A stretch of DNA of 47,643 nt from Klebsormidium nitens. Lineage: Eukaryota > Plantae > Klebsormidiophyceae. The notes below the pieces were generated by a model, which searched no databases, was not told the DNA's origin, and saw nothing but the letters and a program-made list of their open reading frames with translations. The position numbers and the translations under genes were made by a program. This document shows, in pieces, positions 1-12,193 of the stretch. The stretch covers positions 1-47,643 of the forward strand of contig DF237068.1 in assembly GCA_000708835.1 (NCBI GenBank). The letters are read 5' to 3'. How positions within the stretch are numbered: position 1 is the stretch's first letter; each line of letters opens with the position of its first letter.

Positions 1-1063
1 ATGAGCCTGCGGCGGCGGCGGCGCGATGCGCGCGCGCGCGCGCTCAGGACGTTCTATGGCAAGGAGCCAATCTGGCGTGACACTGCGCGTAAGTATTTTC
101 CTGGGGGCCACCAAAAACTGGTGCGCCTTTCAGGCGCAGGTAGGAATGATATACAGCCCTTTTCTTGAGGCCCATGCTCTTCAAGGCCTCATCAATGCCC
201 TCAGCAGATACAAGCTGGCTAATCCTTTGAGTGGAAAGTCGTGTCATACGTTTTTCGCTAGGACTCTGCTGCAACCCCTTGCGGCCAAGCTCGTGGGAAT
301 GGTGTGCCGGCTTCTCTCCATCGAATCCGGATGACTGCGCCATGCTTTGTCCTTCAGCACTGGGTCAGCACCCTGACTATGACGGAGCTCTGATTCGACA
401 GTCTTAGGCACCTCTCAACTTATCAAACACCTATAATATTTTCGCTAAACTGACGTTTCTACAGCAGTCTCAGAACTGACGTTTCTACAGCAGTTACTAC
501 ACATTATCACTGTTTTTGCAGGCACCTTCCGGCTTCCAGTTCTGAAACGATAATAGAGCGCACGTTTACAATAAAAATCACATGGCACATTAGCCAGCTC
601 CCTGGCCCGCTGACCGTGACAAGCTGATGAGGACTCAGCTCACTGATCTGCTTAGCCGCCTGCGGCTGTCTCTGCACCCGAGCTCATGCAGCGCATCTTG
701 GCGGGTCTTGGCAAACGTTTTGAAAACTCGAAGATTAAAGATGTGGACTCCAGCTCAAGCAGCGGGATCCTGATGGGATCAGGAGTCAGGCAGCTGATCA
801 ATGCAGCATGCAATTTAATTTGAATGGCTGATGTCAATGAATGTGAAGGTGTTTACGCTGGTACCAGATGGTACCGGATCAAACCATAAACCGTATTAGG
901 TACCGGTAATCGAACTTCGAAGGTACCGCCGGCGCCGTCGACTGTTTCAAGCTGGTCAATCCAAATTGCGGTACCTACCGGGTCCCCACGTCGCAGAGGC
1001 TCTGAATTAATTCAGATTGACGGCTCAGCCAATCAGAGTGATCCGCCAAACAGGCCGGGGCCC

Positions 1064-1108
1064 GGCTCAGGCTCAGGACTCAGGACTCGGGACTCGGGAC
1101 TCAGGACT
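1064..1108. repeat. Short GGACTC(A/G) heptamer tandem repeat
   Basis: ggctca ggctca ggactca ggactcg ggactcg ggactca ggact. Confidence 0.9.
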
Positions 1109-1332
1109 GTGTTGGTGCAGCAGAGCCTGAGAAGTCAGGAGTCAGTAGGTACCTGGGCCCAAGACTCTACATTGTGCACAGTGTGCACGGCCGTGCACGT
1201 TGCTGCGTGCACCGTGCAGTACACCAAGCTGCTGCCAGCTGGCACAGGGCCTATATTAGAAATGACACTTCGGGAATAGGTCAAACGGTAGAATATTAGC
1301 TCGAGGAATAGATCACCAGCCTGGGACGGCTT

Positions 1333-1365
1333 GGGGGGGGTTCGGGGGTTTAGGGTGGGTACGGG
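1333..1365 (+). other. Canonical G-quadruplex motif containing a telomere-like TTTAGGG, upstream of the permease
   Basis: G8-TTC-G5-TTTA-G3-T-G3-TAC-G3 fits G3+N1-7 x4. Structure formation is untested. Confidence 0.55.
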
Positions 1366-1872
1366 TGCGGAGCAGATAGATTTTATAAGTTGGGATTTTA
1401 GTGTTTGGTTTGAGCTTACTATTCCTAATTTTGAATTGTCGCGACATCATAGATTCATACTCATTCAAATTGAGATATTCCAGGCTCCCAATGTCCCATT
1501 GCCCCAACGCCCCTCCCAACCAGACTCCACCCGTGACATTCAGAAGCTAAGAGATGGCAGCTGGGCCAGATAAACAGGGCCTAGGATTGAAAACGGAGAG
1601 GGATGACGCAGGTCGCAGCTTTTGCTGCTCGTGCAACCTAGAAGAACGTGAGCTCGACATAGAATTAAGCAGCAGCTAGCTTGCTGAGCTTGGGGCCAGC
1701 GTTGTAGAATAAGCAGGGTTTGAATTGGTTGATACATAATTGGGAGCCTGAGGAGCCGGGTCCGTGTCCCTCGCCAGACTCCTCCTTGCAAGCCCCAGCT
1801 AATTCAATTGTGGAAGTGAGGAGGAGGCAATAAAGCTAGATTGTGGATCGGAGACATTCAGAGGTGACCGTC

Positions 1873-4800
1873 ATGGCAGATGGCACAGCGGAAGCAAACA
1901 CTACAGGCGAAGGTCCAATTAAAGATTCTGGACAAGCACGACTGGAGCAGCTTGGGTAGGTTTTTGGCTCCATTCTTTTGCATTGAGGCCAACTTAGTAT
2001 GCTGAAGTCTCTTTTTGCACAGACGCGGAAAATGTTGGAGTTGCTGGTATCAACATCTGCACAATCGTCCTCTCTGCTCATTGTTTCCTTCAAGTCATTG
2101 CAGTCTGAATAGCATTCATGATCGGGCCACTAATCAAATTAAAACAGCCAGCCCCTCAACCGTGTATGATTCCTTTGTGGTCAATCTTCCATTTTCATAT
2201 TCTCATGTGCTGTGACACAACTTGGTAGAATGAGAAAGCTTCTTACTTTTGCTAGTACAGGTTCCAGGGACACAATTAGGAATACGTATGCAGTCTGTCC
2301 AGAAGGCAGAGCAGACGAGCTCAAACAAAGTCTCATAACCCTTGTATAAAAAACTTTGACTATCAGGCTCCATCTCAGCGTGTCATCCTACAGCATCTGT
2401 CGGAAGCCACTGCTTGATATTTTTGTCTCAGCTGGCTTCTGAAGTATTTGACAACTGGATATAGGCAAAACATTCAAGATGCATGTTAAAAGTTGATGGC
2501 ATTGTCACAAGGATCTTTGAATAAGAGCACCTGTCCTTGTACCAGGTACAAACAGGAGCTTTCGCGGACTCTGGTGAGTACCTGCCCCAGTCACAAAGCT
2601 ACGCCTTTTGGAAAAGCACAGCCTGAGTGAAAGATGAGAACTTGCAGACTAGCATGAGTCTGATAGCACTCATCGTGCTCAGGCTACAGAATCATAGCTG
2701 TTCTTGCTTGCATGTTGCAAACTCTCTGAGGGGCCAGCAATGGACACGTTTTTTGCCAACACAGTTGGTCCATCAAGAGGGAATGATGTAACTAACAAGC
2801 TGACCTAAATTGTCATAGACAAAGCTGTTGTAAAGACACCTTGCTGCTTTCAATATCACGAACCAATCCATGATACATCACAAGGAGAATGGCAAGGAGA
2901 TGAGCCATTTGCAACAAAAATGCCTGCAGCATCATCCCTACACCTGTCTCCTGTGCAGTCTCTGCTCGTGAACGTTGCGCTCGGGTATGGCACCATGAGC
3001 ATTCTCATGAGCAACACTGGGCTCTACGGGCTTGGCTTCACCTATGGTGGCCCCGTGACAATCATCTGGGGGTGGCTTGTTGTCAGCTTCTTCGTGCTGT
3101 GCATCGCAGTCTCGATGGGGATGCTTTGCTCCAGTTTCCCGGTGCGTCTCAGGCTTTGGCTTTATTTCCTCTCGATCCTTCCCAATGCTTCTGCGCCCCT
3201 GACTTCCCTGTCGAGTGATCCGGCTTTAATTGCCGCGAGCGCTCTCAACATACATCTCCGCTGTCTGATTACTTTGGTAAGGCCTCCTTTGCTCGAGATG
3301 GAGCTCAATTTCTCACAAACAATAGGAGAGAACATTTGTCAGATTATTTGACCTCTTAGTCACAAATGAGAGGTGCTTTTTCGGCTTTCCTTGAGCGTTA
3401 GCATGTTCTCAGATTCTGAGAAGCCATATTTTACTGTCCCAGCGCGCAGGGCTTTGCTTTCAGAGGTCACACAAATCCTACCAAGGATGGCTTGCCCTCG
3501 CTTGTCGTTCCTACTTGCTTCTTTCCAAACTTCTCTGATGGGGAAGGGCAGACCCTTCACAAGCCTTCAATTTTCCCCCGGCCGGCACTCCCGCTTGAAA
3601 AGCCTAACAAACCCTTACCTTCTATCAAATACTTCTCTTTCCACCTCACCCATAGTCATTTGCTCTCGGGCTACAGCAATTCCTCTCAGACTCTGTAGCC
3701 GCTCCGAGCACTCATGATTCCAAGTGCTTTGCAGGCCAGTACTGAGCTCGTCGCGCGGAAATTATCCGCCTACCTATTGAGAGACCATCGAAAAAGTTTC
3801 ATTCCTGAGCTTTATATATGCATCTAGAGCTCCTCAAAAATCAATCGCTTCCTCTCCGTGAGGTCTTCCAGCTCTTCGAATAACCCTCTCGCTTCGAGAA
3901 GGCGCCTCCTCCCTGAACCGTCCCTTGCTAAGTTAGTTTTGCACGCCCCACTGCTTACTTACCACTTCTGCTCCCTTCCCTGCTCGGCATAATTAGAGCT
4001 CTTCATTAATCCCTTCTTGAACAGTCCTGAGCACTATCCGAACCCTAATTGCAGACCGCCGGCGGGCTCTACTTTTGGTCCTACTCGCTCGCAGGCCCCA
4101 AGTATGGGCCCCTCTGCGCCTGGTTTACGGTCTGGTTCAACTACCTAGGAGACGTTCTAGGAATGGCGGTTGTGAATTACGTGGGGGCAACGATTCTCGC
4201 AACAATGGTCGTGATCGCCTCCGGAGAAGGGGGCGGAGTCGAGGGGGGCGCTTACGTGGCCACCAAGGGAGTGATGGTCGCGTTTGCCGGGGGCTTGTAC
4301 ATTTTGCAGGTGAGGCGGAGAACGACCCGGGGGAGTCGTTACGAAAGCAGTGCAGCTATAAGGCGTGAGAGTGTTTATTATTTGAGGTTATCCTGGTGCA
4401 CAGCTGTTGTTTCGAGGATGGAGTGAGCGCAGATTGCTCGGACGAGATGGTACAATGCACATGTGAGACGACGCATCAGCGGTTAAGCGAGATCAGATTG
4501 AATGTTAGATACAAACGGATTGAGGGATGCTTACTCGCTTGCAAGTCCGAAGCTTCACTGTGAGCATATTCGGTCGCGCTCGTTTGAAAGCCTGCCAACA
4601 CATGGTTGCAATTTGCGGTTACGCATCATGACCCGCAATCTCTCACTTTCGATTTGCAGGTGGCAGTAAATGTTTTTGACGTGAGGGTTCTCGCGTTCTT
4701 TGGCAAAGCGGGACTCGTTCTGGAGATCGTGGGCTTGGCTGTCGTCATCATTGCCCTGCTTGCCGTCAGTGGTGGGCGTCTTTCGTAACTTCGTTCATTT

Positions 4801-7800
4801 GTTCTTTCATCCGAGATCGACTCTGGCGTTGTGACCAAAGGGCGGTCAGCTGAACAGGCCCCAATCTGAAATGGAAATTTTTGAGCTGAGTAGCCCGCTC
4901 TAGTTGAGCTGCGGAGGACGAACTTGTTCTTGCCCCTGAGAAGCCTCTGGGACAATTGCCAGACGTTAAGTTTCCCTGCCTTATGCAAACAGTCCTTCCG
5001 GTGAACGTGGCAGACCTGGTAGAGCCTTTCAGCATTCGAGTGGCTAAAGGTTTGATTCTTTTGGATATGATATGCTTTTGCGATTCCGCCGACTTGCGTA
5101 GCAGATTGTCCTGGGCCACAGCTAGCCACAAGCACTCAACACAAAGATTAAGAAATGCATAAAATAGAGAAGAAAATCATTTTCCGTCAGCGTCCTCCGC
5201 AACCTCTTGACAACGAGACGGCAGTTTTCTCTCCTGCTTGATTAGCCCAGGTCCAAGACATGTGAGTCGATCAAATGTGCGCATCATGGGCGGGCCGGAC
5301 CCGAGTCCTTTCTACCTTCCTTTGATTACAGGCCTGGCATGTTGAGGCTTTGTGTACCTGGAACAGATTGGGGGTCCAGATCACCGGAAGGAACTGAATC
5401 CGTCGACTACAGCCGCTCATGTCATATCCCAGGGTTTCTCGGGCGATGCGCCTCCCAGGTGTCCCTACGACACTTCCACCGTACTCTTCCAAGTCTCCAT
5501 CTTTATCCCCTGCAGAACGGAAACAGTCGGCGGACTTCGTTTTCACGCACTGGGAACCAGCGACGGGGCTAGGCATCCACAGCACGTTCTACATATTCCT
5601 GCTCGGATTGCTGCCCGCCTGTTTCACGATCAACGGCTTTGATGTAAGCGCTCAACTGGAAGCACGCTGGTGCGCCTCGTAATTCCCAAGATACAGGGAA
5701 GGACGACCCCAATATTGGACCAGTGTTGCTTGCAAAGCGGCCGCGCTGCTTTTTCTCACGCGCATTCACGGTCGAACGCCTACATTTCCAGAAGTGGAGC
5801 AGGGTCCGCAAAATCTGCACTCAATTGTAGTGACACCAATCTTTATGTCTCGACCTCGAATAGGAGTAGAGCTCTTGTGCTGGCGTGTAAAAGCGGAGTC
5901 CTTCTGCTTTGCAAACTCGTTTTGATTGCGCTTTTCACTTTCACTTCGCGCAACACCAAAGTATCCATGTCATCTGTGACGTACGTGTCCTGTTTTACGA
6001 ATCATGATCGGGCTACGAACAGCTCGTCGCATGGAGTCTGCGCACGGGCACACCGCATCGAAGCGGAGACAACCTGTTGGATGCCTTAGGTTAAAGCTTC
6101 TTTCTGTCCTGTCTGTCCTGTCTTCCAATCGATCCTAACGTAACGTACTGCTTCAGGAGGTGGACCCAATCGTTTCTGCATTGTGGCGCCCTTTTTTCGG
6201 AGGACGGTTTGATCGTTTCAGATTCCTGACGTGGAATTCTATTCTTGATGCAGGCGCCGGCGCATATGTCCGAAGAGACGGAGCGGTCCGACCGCACCGC
6301 ACCGCTGAGCATCGTCGTGTCGGTTGCGGTTGCCGTCTTCACCGGATTCGCGTTCCTGCTCACCTTGACGTTCTGCATTCAGGTTAGGCTAGAAATGGTG
6401 TCTTCGCATCTCTAAAATCCCTCTTGTCTGGTAACAGAAACGGGGTACTTAAAGAGCCGCGATCATCTGATGGAAGTATCGAGTCTCTGGCTGTTGAGTC
6501 GTCGGAATCTAGAGAGGCCCTACTGTTCCTGAAGCACACTGAAAGAATTTGCTCGCAACCAGATCTGGGTAACGGGTATCGAAAAGCACACTGAAAGACT
6601 TTGCTCGCAACCAGATCTGGGTAACGGGTATCGAAAAGCACACTGAAAGACTTTGCTCGCAACCAGATCTGGGTAACGGGTATCAAAGCAGCTCTCGACC
6701 AGATTCGTACAGTAGAAGGGCCCTGATGGAGCCCAAGCTGGCTTGCTCAATAGCCCTTTTGGCACTCAAAATCATCTTATATCACGAGCTGCGCGCTCCA
6801 GAAGTTTGCAGCATTTCATTTCACAACAGAACAATGATTGTATAGGCGAGCTCTCACCGTTTCTTTTTATGCCCTTTTCTTAGCCGGCCTGTTTTACTAA
6901 GCTTCTGAAGAACGAACCTGCTCCCAACCAAACGTTGGTAATGCGTTATCACTCTGCACTTAACCAGTCTAGTGTAATAGAAAGCGAAGCGCACCTCCTT
7001 CAGGCCTTCCCATACTCAGGTCAAGGGCGGCTTTTCTATGTGCATTTGCAGGACCCCGTGCTCGAGGCGAAAGGGACCTGAACGGCGGGCCTCAGCGCGG
7101 GCGGGCAGATCTTCATTGATTGATATCCCGCACTTGACCAGCACTGATTCAGCACTGATTCAGCATTTAAGTCTGCCTAACCATGCTCCGTCAATGCTTT
7201 CGTTTGGAGGACCCCGCGACGCTCTTCGACCCTGGGTACACAGTCGTGGTGGCGCCTCAGCGCGGGGGTCCAGATCTTCGTTAATGATTGAAGATCCCTC
7301 ACTCATCATTTGAGCAGTACTTGACCAGCACCTGTAAATCAGCGCTCAAAATGGCCTAACTATGCTCGGCCACCGGTTTGGTTTGCAGGACCCCGCAACG
7401 CTCTTCGACCCTGTAAATGCAACGGCGGGCCTCAGCGCGGGGGGGCAGATCTTCCTTGTCAGCATAAGCTGCACTTAACCAGCACTCAACCAGCAATCAA
7501 TCAGCTTAACTTTGCCTAAGCATGCTCGGCCAACGATTTCTGTTGCAGGACCCCGCAACGCTCTTTGACCCCGGGAACGCAACCGCGGGCCTCAGCGCGG
7601 GGGGGCAGATCTTCTTCGACGCGTTCGCGAGCCGCGGCTACACGCACAACGCGTCCGTGGCTCTGCTGAGCCTCCCTCTCGTGTCCTCCTTTTTGGGCGG
7701 AATGGCTCTTCTCGCCGCCATGTCTCGCATCGTAAGCTGCTCAGTGCTTCAATTTTCGCTACTGGTCAGTACCCGGGATTGATCGGATTTATGGTAATGC

Positions 7801-10800
7801 AGGGCACGACTTCGAAATGAGTTTAAACCACCAGACCGACTATTAATACCTGGGAACCACATTCCGTCAGTTCCGAAACTCCGAACCCCGAAACTTAAAA
7901 TTTCGGACAAGGGCGCACCAAAATCGCTGGATGCAAGAATTATCGCTGCGCTACCGGAAATGCATGTGTTTAGATGGATTCTTTCGGCGGTTTCGATGCG
8001 AGCTTGTAGGGGCTGCCATTCCTGAGCTATAGAACGAAGAACCGCCGGAAACGATGAAGATTTGCTTCATTTTTATGGTAGCATAAGCTCAATTTTCACG
8101 GAGTCAAAACCGTGCGCCCTCGGCCGATTTTGAATTTTGGTGGCCGTTTGCCGACAATGCCACGTCAGCATATTGAGTTTGCCCGAGTATAAAGTCGGTC
8201 TGGTGGTTTAAGCCCGTAGGTCATGCTCGGTTTGCAGATCTCGCATGTTGTTGAATTATTTCTAGAACCTTGTAGCGCTGGGGTCTTCAACAAAGAGCAG
8301 ATTCAGAAAAGGCGGCTACCCCAGGATTTCGATACCGGGCTGCTGTCTTTGGCCTTTTGAGTGCGCGGAATGGGGCGCAGTGTCACACAACAATCTTGCG
8401 GTCATCTCAAACAAGGAGCTTCTTCTGAAGACGGATGGCAATATTGGTGCCTTGAAAGCAAGACCCACTGCAGATTTGTCTTTGTTTGATCAGAGGTAGG
8501 TAGAATGCAAGTTACCAGATGGCCGTGAGTCGCCGCAAAGAGCGCGTAAGCCTGCTTCCGAGCTGGCAGACATTCTAAGCTTGAATGGCGAGGAAAAGTG
8601 CCCGCCGGCCGCTTAGTGAGCTGAGCTAGCGAGTGACGTAGTCTGACCCTTTGGAGCACGGTTCTCATTATCTTACTAGCACCATCTGAACGTCCGCAAA
8701 GCCTTGGCTCGCAGATGTTTGCGGGGTCCCGCGACGGGCGCGCTCCCCTTCAGCGCAGCCCTCCGCTAACCCACCCAAACCTTAACCCAGTCATTCACGC
8801 ACTTCCACCTGATCCCACTCTCACCCAAATCCTAACCCAACCCGTAATTTGTCATCGCAGACGGTGTCCTGGGGCAGCGCGCTCCCTTTCCGCGCGGCCC
8901 TCCGGCTGACGCACCCAATGACAAACCGAAAACTCATGAATCTCCGAAACTTCTAACCCGACCTGATTCACAAGCTAACCCTCCCGTAGTAACTGTCCGC
9001 TCGCAGATGTTTGCGGTGTCGCGCGACGGCGCGCTTGCCTTCAGCGCGGCCATCCGGCTGACGCACCCAATGACAAACTAAGCCTTCGAAATCCTTCACC
9101 CTTTTTAACCCACAAGCTAACCCTCCTGTGGTCCACTGACTTGACTAGCACTCGGTAACAAACCAATAACCTTAACCCTCCAGACTCACCGTAAACCACA
9201 AATCAACCCAGAAGCTAACCCTTCCGCTCGCAGCCTGGCAGAGTTTGCGGTGTCGTGCGACGGTCGCTCCCCTCCAGCGCAGCCCTCCGGCTGACGCACC
9301 CAAATCTTAACCCAGACAACTATTCACGTACGCGCTTTCACCTCAACCCGCTCTAACCATAAGCTAAACTCGCAGATGTTTGCGGTGTCGCGCGACGGCG
9401 CGCTCCCCTTCTCCGCGGTCCTCCGGCTGACGTCACGGACCAGCCACGTGCCCGTGGTCGCCGTCTGCGTCTCCGCCGCCCTCAGCTTCTCCTTCGTCCT
9501 CTTCTCGCTCAAGAGCTACGTCGCATTCAACGCGGTGACATCAGCGGCGCAGATCTCGGCGTATCTGGCGTACGGGACGCCCATCCTGCTGCGGATGCTC
9601 AACCCGGGGGCCTTCGTACCGGGGCCGTTTGACATGGGAAAGTAAGTGCGACATTCTGACGGATATCAGCCCGGAAGACATCTGATCCCTACGGAGAAAT
9701 GGTTTGCCTTCGAGCAAAATTGATGAGGCTGGGAAAAGCAGCTTCCACCAGCTTTGCGCCTCCAGTGAAAGCGCGCAATTCGCAATTAGCTAAAATTCTG
9801 GCAGGCGTCCTAAGGGATAGTCTCGAAGCTTTCGGTCGGAACACGAGCGATTGGGTTGATAGAGCCCGTGACCGAGGCTTTTGCATCGTCTTAATGGCAG
9901 CACAGTCTTTGCGTGAAGCAAGCTCCGCTCGCTGGGCAAGCCCCACCGTGCTTTAAAGTCATGCGTGTTACCTTGAATCCACCCGCTTTGAAAGTGGTAG
10001 CTCCCGCTTCAATTCGCGTGGAAAGCCCCGGCCAATCCTATCTTTTTGAGTTTGTTTTTCTTGAGAAGTAAGCCCGCCGGGAACACGCCCATTCACAAGC
10101 CTGACTTGTGCTCAGCAGTCGACTCGTTTCGTCTCAACCCACCTTCTTTTCTCGTCAGACCTACTCCACAAAATTCCTAATTGCTGTTGAATAACACGTA
10201 GCACCAAGTCGATGGCATGATGCGTGCCCACCTATATGAGCTTCGAAGTTCTCTCCGAATCTGTCCAGGATCGCGAGAATCCAGTCATGCATCTGACCCA
10301 TATGGTAGCGCCTCGAGTGCATTCTTTTAGGAAATACTGTTGGTGAATTTCCTAATGTCCTTGCGATTCACTGTTGAGTCGTTTGCTGTAGGTGGAGTTA
10401 CGTCTTCGGAACGATCTCCATCGCGTATATCTCCTTCATGTGCGGCGTGTTCTGCTTGCCGACCGTCTACCCGATCACCAGGTGAGAGGCTGGCAACGCG
10501 CATAGCTTATGAGAGGCTCCTGGGGTCCACTCCTTCCATCGAATGCGTGAAAGGTTGCAATTTTTGAGCTCTAAAAAAGGGGACGTCTGCAAGGAAGGGT
10601 TTGGGCATGCAGTGGTAACGTTTGCGGAGACGAAGCAGGTGCACCTTCGCCTTCGCACGAAGTGCAACTTCCTCAACGCTCTGTGAAAAACTCTTGGGAA
10701 TCAGTGGAGGGCGCTGATCTAGTCGATCGTCCCGACGCCACAACCACTACTGGCTGTGAATGCCATAATTCAGGGTGGCTGAAAGCGGTTGTTTCTTTTG

Positions 10801-11078
10801 GTCGCACCTTGTATCAGGAGAAAGAAGAATGCTCAAGGAAAGTCCTGCTGATTTGAACGCCGCCTTACGTCCCCAAGGGACTTCTCCGATATGAAACTTT
10901 GTGTTGCCATGTGTGCAGCGACACGCTCAACTGGGCTCCAGTTATTCTCGCTAGCGTCATCATACTAGCTTCCGTGGTCTGGGTGACGTATTCTCGGGAT
11001 CGCTACCTGAGCAACCGGAAAGGGCTTGTGACACCAGGGAACGTTGGAAAAGCTGGGCTCATCGATCATAAGTTATGA
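1873..11078 (+). CDS. BAT1: Amino acid/GABA/choline permease (APC superfamily, ACT family; BAT1/GABP-like), 11 exons, 538 aa
   Basis: Exons joined by hand with consistent GT-AG phases: 1873-1955, 2546-2573, 2959-3141, 4055-4309, 4660-4771, 5516-5643, 6254-6382, 7549-7731, 9376-9641, 10392-10481, 10919-11078 (1617 nt). Family motifs: DSGQARLEQLGYKQELSRTL, YGGPVTIIWGW, SSFP/TAGGLYFWS, GFD/APAHMSEET, SRI/MFAVSRDGALPFS, PGPF, FCLPTVYPIT, LNWAPV. The symbol means BAT1-like; orthology is not established. Confidence 0.93.
6533..6690. repeat. Tandem repeat, 52-bp unit x3, in permease intron 7
   Basis: Unit CACTGAAAGACTTTGCTCGCAACCAGATCTGGGTAACGGGTATCGAAAAGCA; GAAAG anchors at 6541, 6593, 6645; copies nearly identical; each contains the palindrome CCAGATCTGG. 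Confidence 0.95.
7040..7614 (+). repeat. Splice-acceptor echo array 1: three decayed copies of intron end plus the first 66 nt of permease exon 8, upstream of the live exon
   Basis: AG/GACCCCG...CAGATCTTC blocks start at 7052, 7210, 7389 and 7549 (live exon). Period 158-179 bp. Linkers are homologous (CACTTGACCAGCAC...GCCTAA.CATGCTC). Confidence 0.93.
7823..8211. mobile_element. Non-autonomous TIR element (MITE, 381 bp) flanked by TTAA, piggyBac-like target site, in permease intron 8
   Basis: Left TTAA-ACCACCAGACCGACT (7823-7841) and right AGTCGGTCTGGTGGT-TTAA (8193-8211) are perfect inverted repeats. Internal inverted motifs CGGCGGTT/AACCGCCG. No ORF. Confidence 0.8.
8705..9432 (+). repeat. 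Splice-acceptor echo array 2: four decayed copies of acceptor plus about 57 nt of permease exon 9
   Basis: CTCGCAG/ATGTTTGCGG...CCGGCTGACG blocks at 8715, 8861, 9007, about 9242 and 9376 (live exon). Linkers are rich in TAACCC. Confidence 0.92.
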
Positions 11079-11624
11079 AACAGCCGTTTCAGATATGACA
11101 GGACGCTATTAAGCTACTCAAGTGTCGGACTGAGCTTCCAACGGGCACGATGCGTCAAAAGGTTCCTCGAGCAAAACGTGGATCCTTTCGTTCAAGGAAA
11201 AGGGCAGAAGGTGCTTGTATACCGGTACAGGTGACTCGTATATCTAACTGTGCACTGGATTGTCAAGCTTCTCGAGCTTTTGTGGAACATACTATAATTA
11301 ATGTATGGCCCTGTGCCATCTTATATGAACTCGAAGCAGTTGTACGTAAGTTTAGGATCAGTGACGAGCAGATGTACGCTCGTTTGTCTAGAGCAGGCTT
11401 GACCGCCATAAGTTGAGTCACTAAGGGCGATCCAGTCAAACTTCTGTAGGTTAACATGACTCAAGCTAGCATTGGATAATAGACCCGGTTGGGCCCGGCC
11501 TCGACCATCACTTTCCCAGAGGCTCTGCATTCGTATACGTGCCAAACCCGTAGATTTTGATTGAACGTTGAATGCCTCTTGAAAGGGCATACGCAAAATA
11601 GGTAGAATCACTTCGATCCACTCA

Positions 11625-11954
11625 TAGGGCGGTCACATATGAGTTCTCGGGGAAGTGGTGAGTGTTCCCTGAGGGAGCGTATACTCCCCGAGAATCTACT
11701 TTGGTCATAATTTTTCTTAGGAACACATCGCGCGAAAATCTAAAGCTTCCAGGATTACACGGCGAGAGAGACTGTCCGAGTAGTGACCGCCAACCGTCCC
11801 TAAGTATTTTTACCGGCGTCCCTGAGGGGCGTCCCCCAGAATATCGAGTTGAAATTCTGGGGGACGAAATCACCGGTTTTCGGTCCCTGAGGGACAAAAT
11901 TTTCGTTCCCTGAGGGACGGTGCACCCCGAAAATGTTCATATGTGACCGGTCTA
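11625..11954. mobile_element. Non-autonomous TIR element (326 bp) flanked by TA, Tc1/mariner-like target site
   Basis: TA-GGGCGGTCACATATGA at 11625 and TCATATGTGACCGGTC-TA ending at 11954 share a 13-bp perfect inverted core CGGTCACATATGA. Four internal copies of the near-palindrome TCCCTGAGGG(A) at about 11667, 11819, 11884, 11907. Confidence 0.75.
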
Positions 11955-12193
11955 TCAGCCCAGCCGGCCTGTACCAAGTCCTTTCATATCGTGTTCCTCC
12001 TAATTATATGTCTCTCTAAAACACTGATCACACGGAGACGATTTGGCGGACGCAGGAGGCCAGATGCGATCATTCAACGTCAGGGCAGCCTCAGCCTCGG
12101 AGATGCATACTATGTGGACCTTCCAACTTCGATCGAGAAACTTTCCAAGCCGGCACTCTTTCATAAGAATATGACGGTAAGGTGCGGCTCAGT

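Noticed and set aside
26-343. Gene fragment at the window start (overlapping + 102 aa and - 99 aa ORFs)
   Set aside because: Both strands show plausible splice or start signals and neither has a recognisable domain; cannot be resolved without upstream sequence.
448-494. 21-bp direct repeat AACTGACGTTTCTACAGCAGT as a miniature acceptor echo
   Set aside because: It resembles branch point plus CAG, but no associated exon can be shown; treated as an ordinary micro-duplication.
6533-6690. CRISPR array (palindromic repeats)
   Set aside because: The units are contiguous with no unique spacers, there are no cas genes, and the context is a eukaryotic intron.
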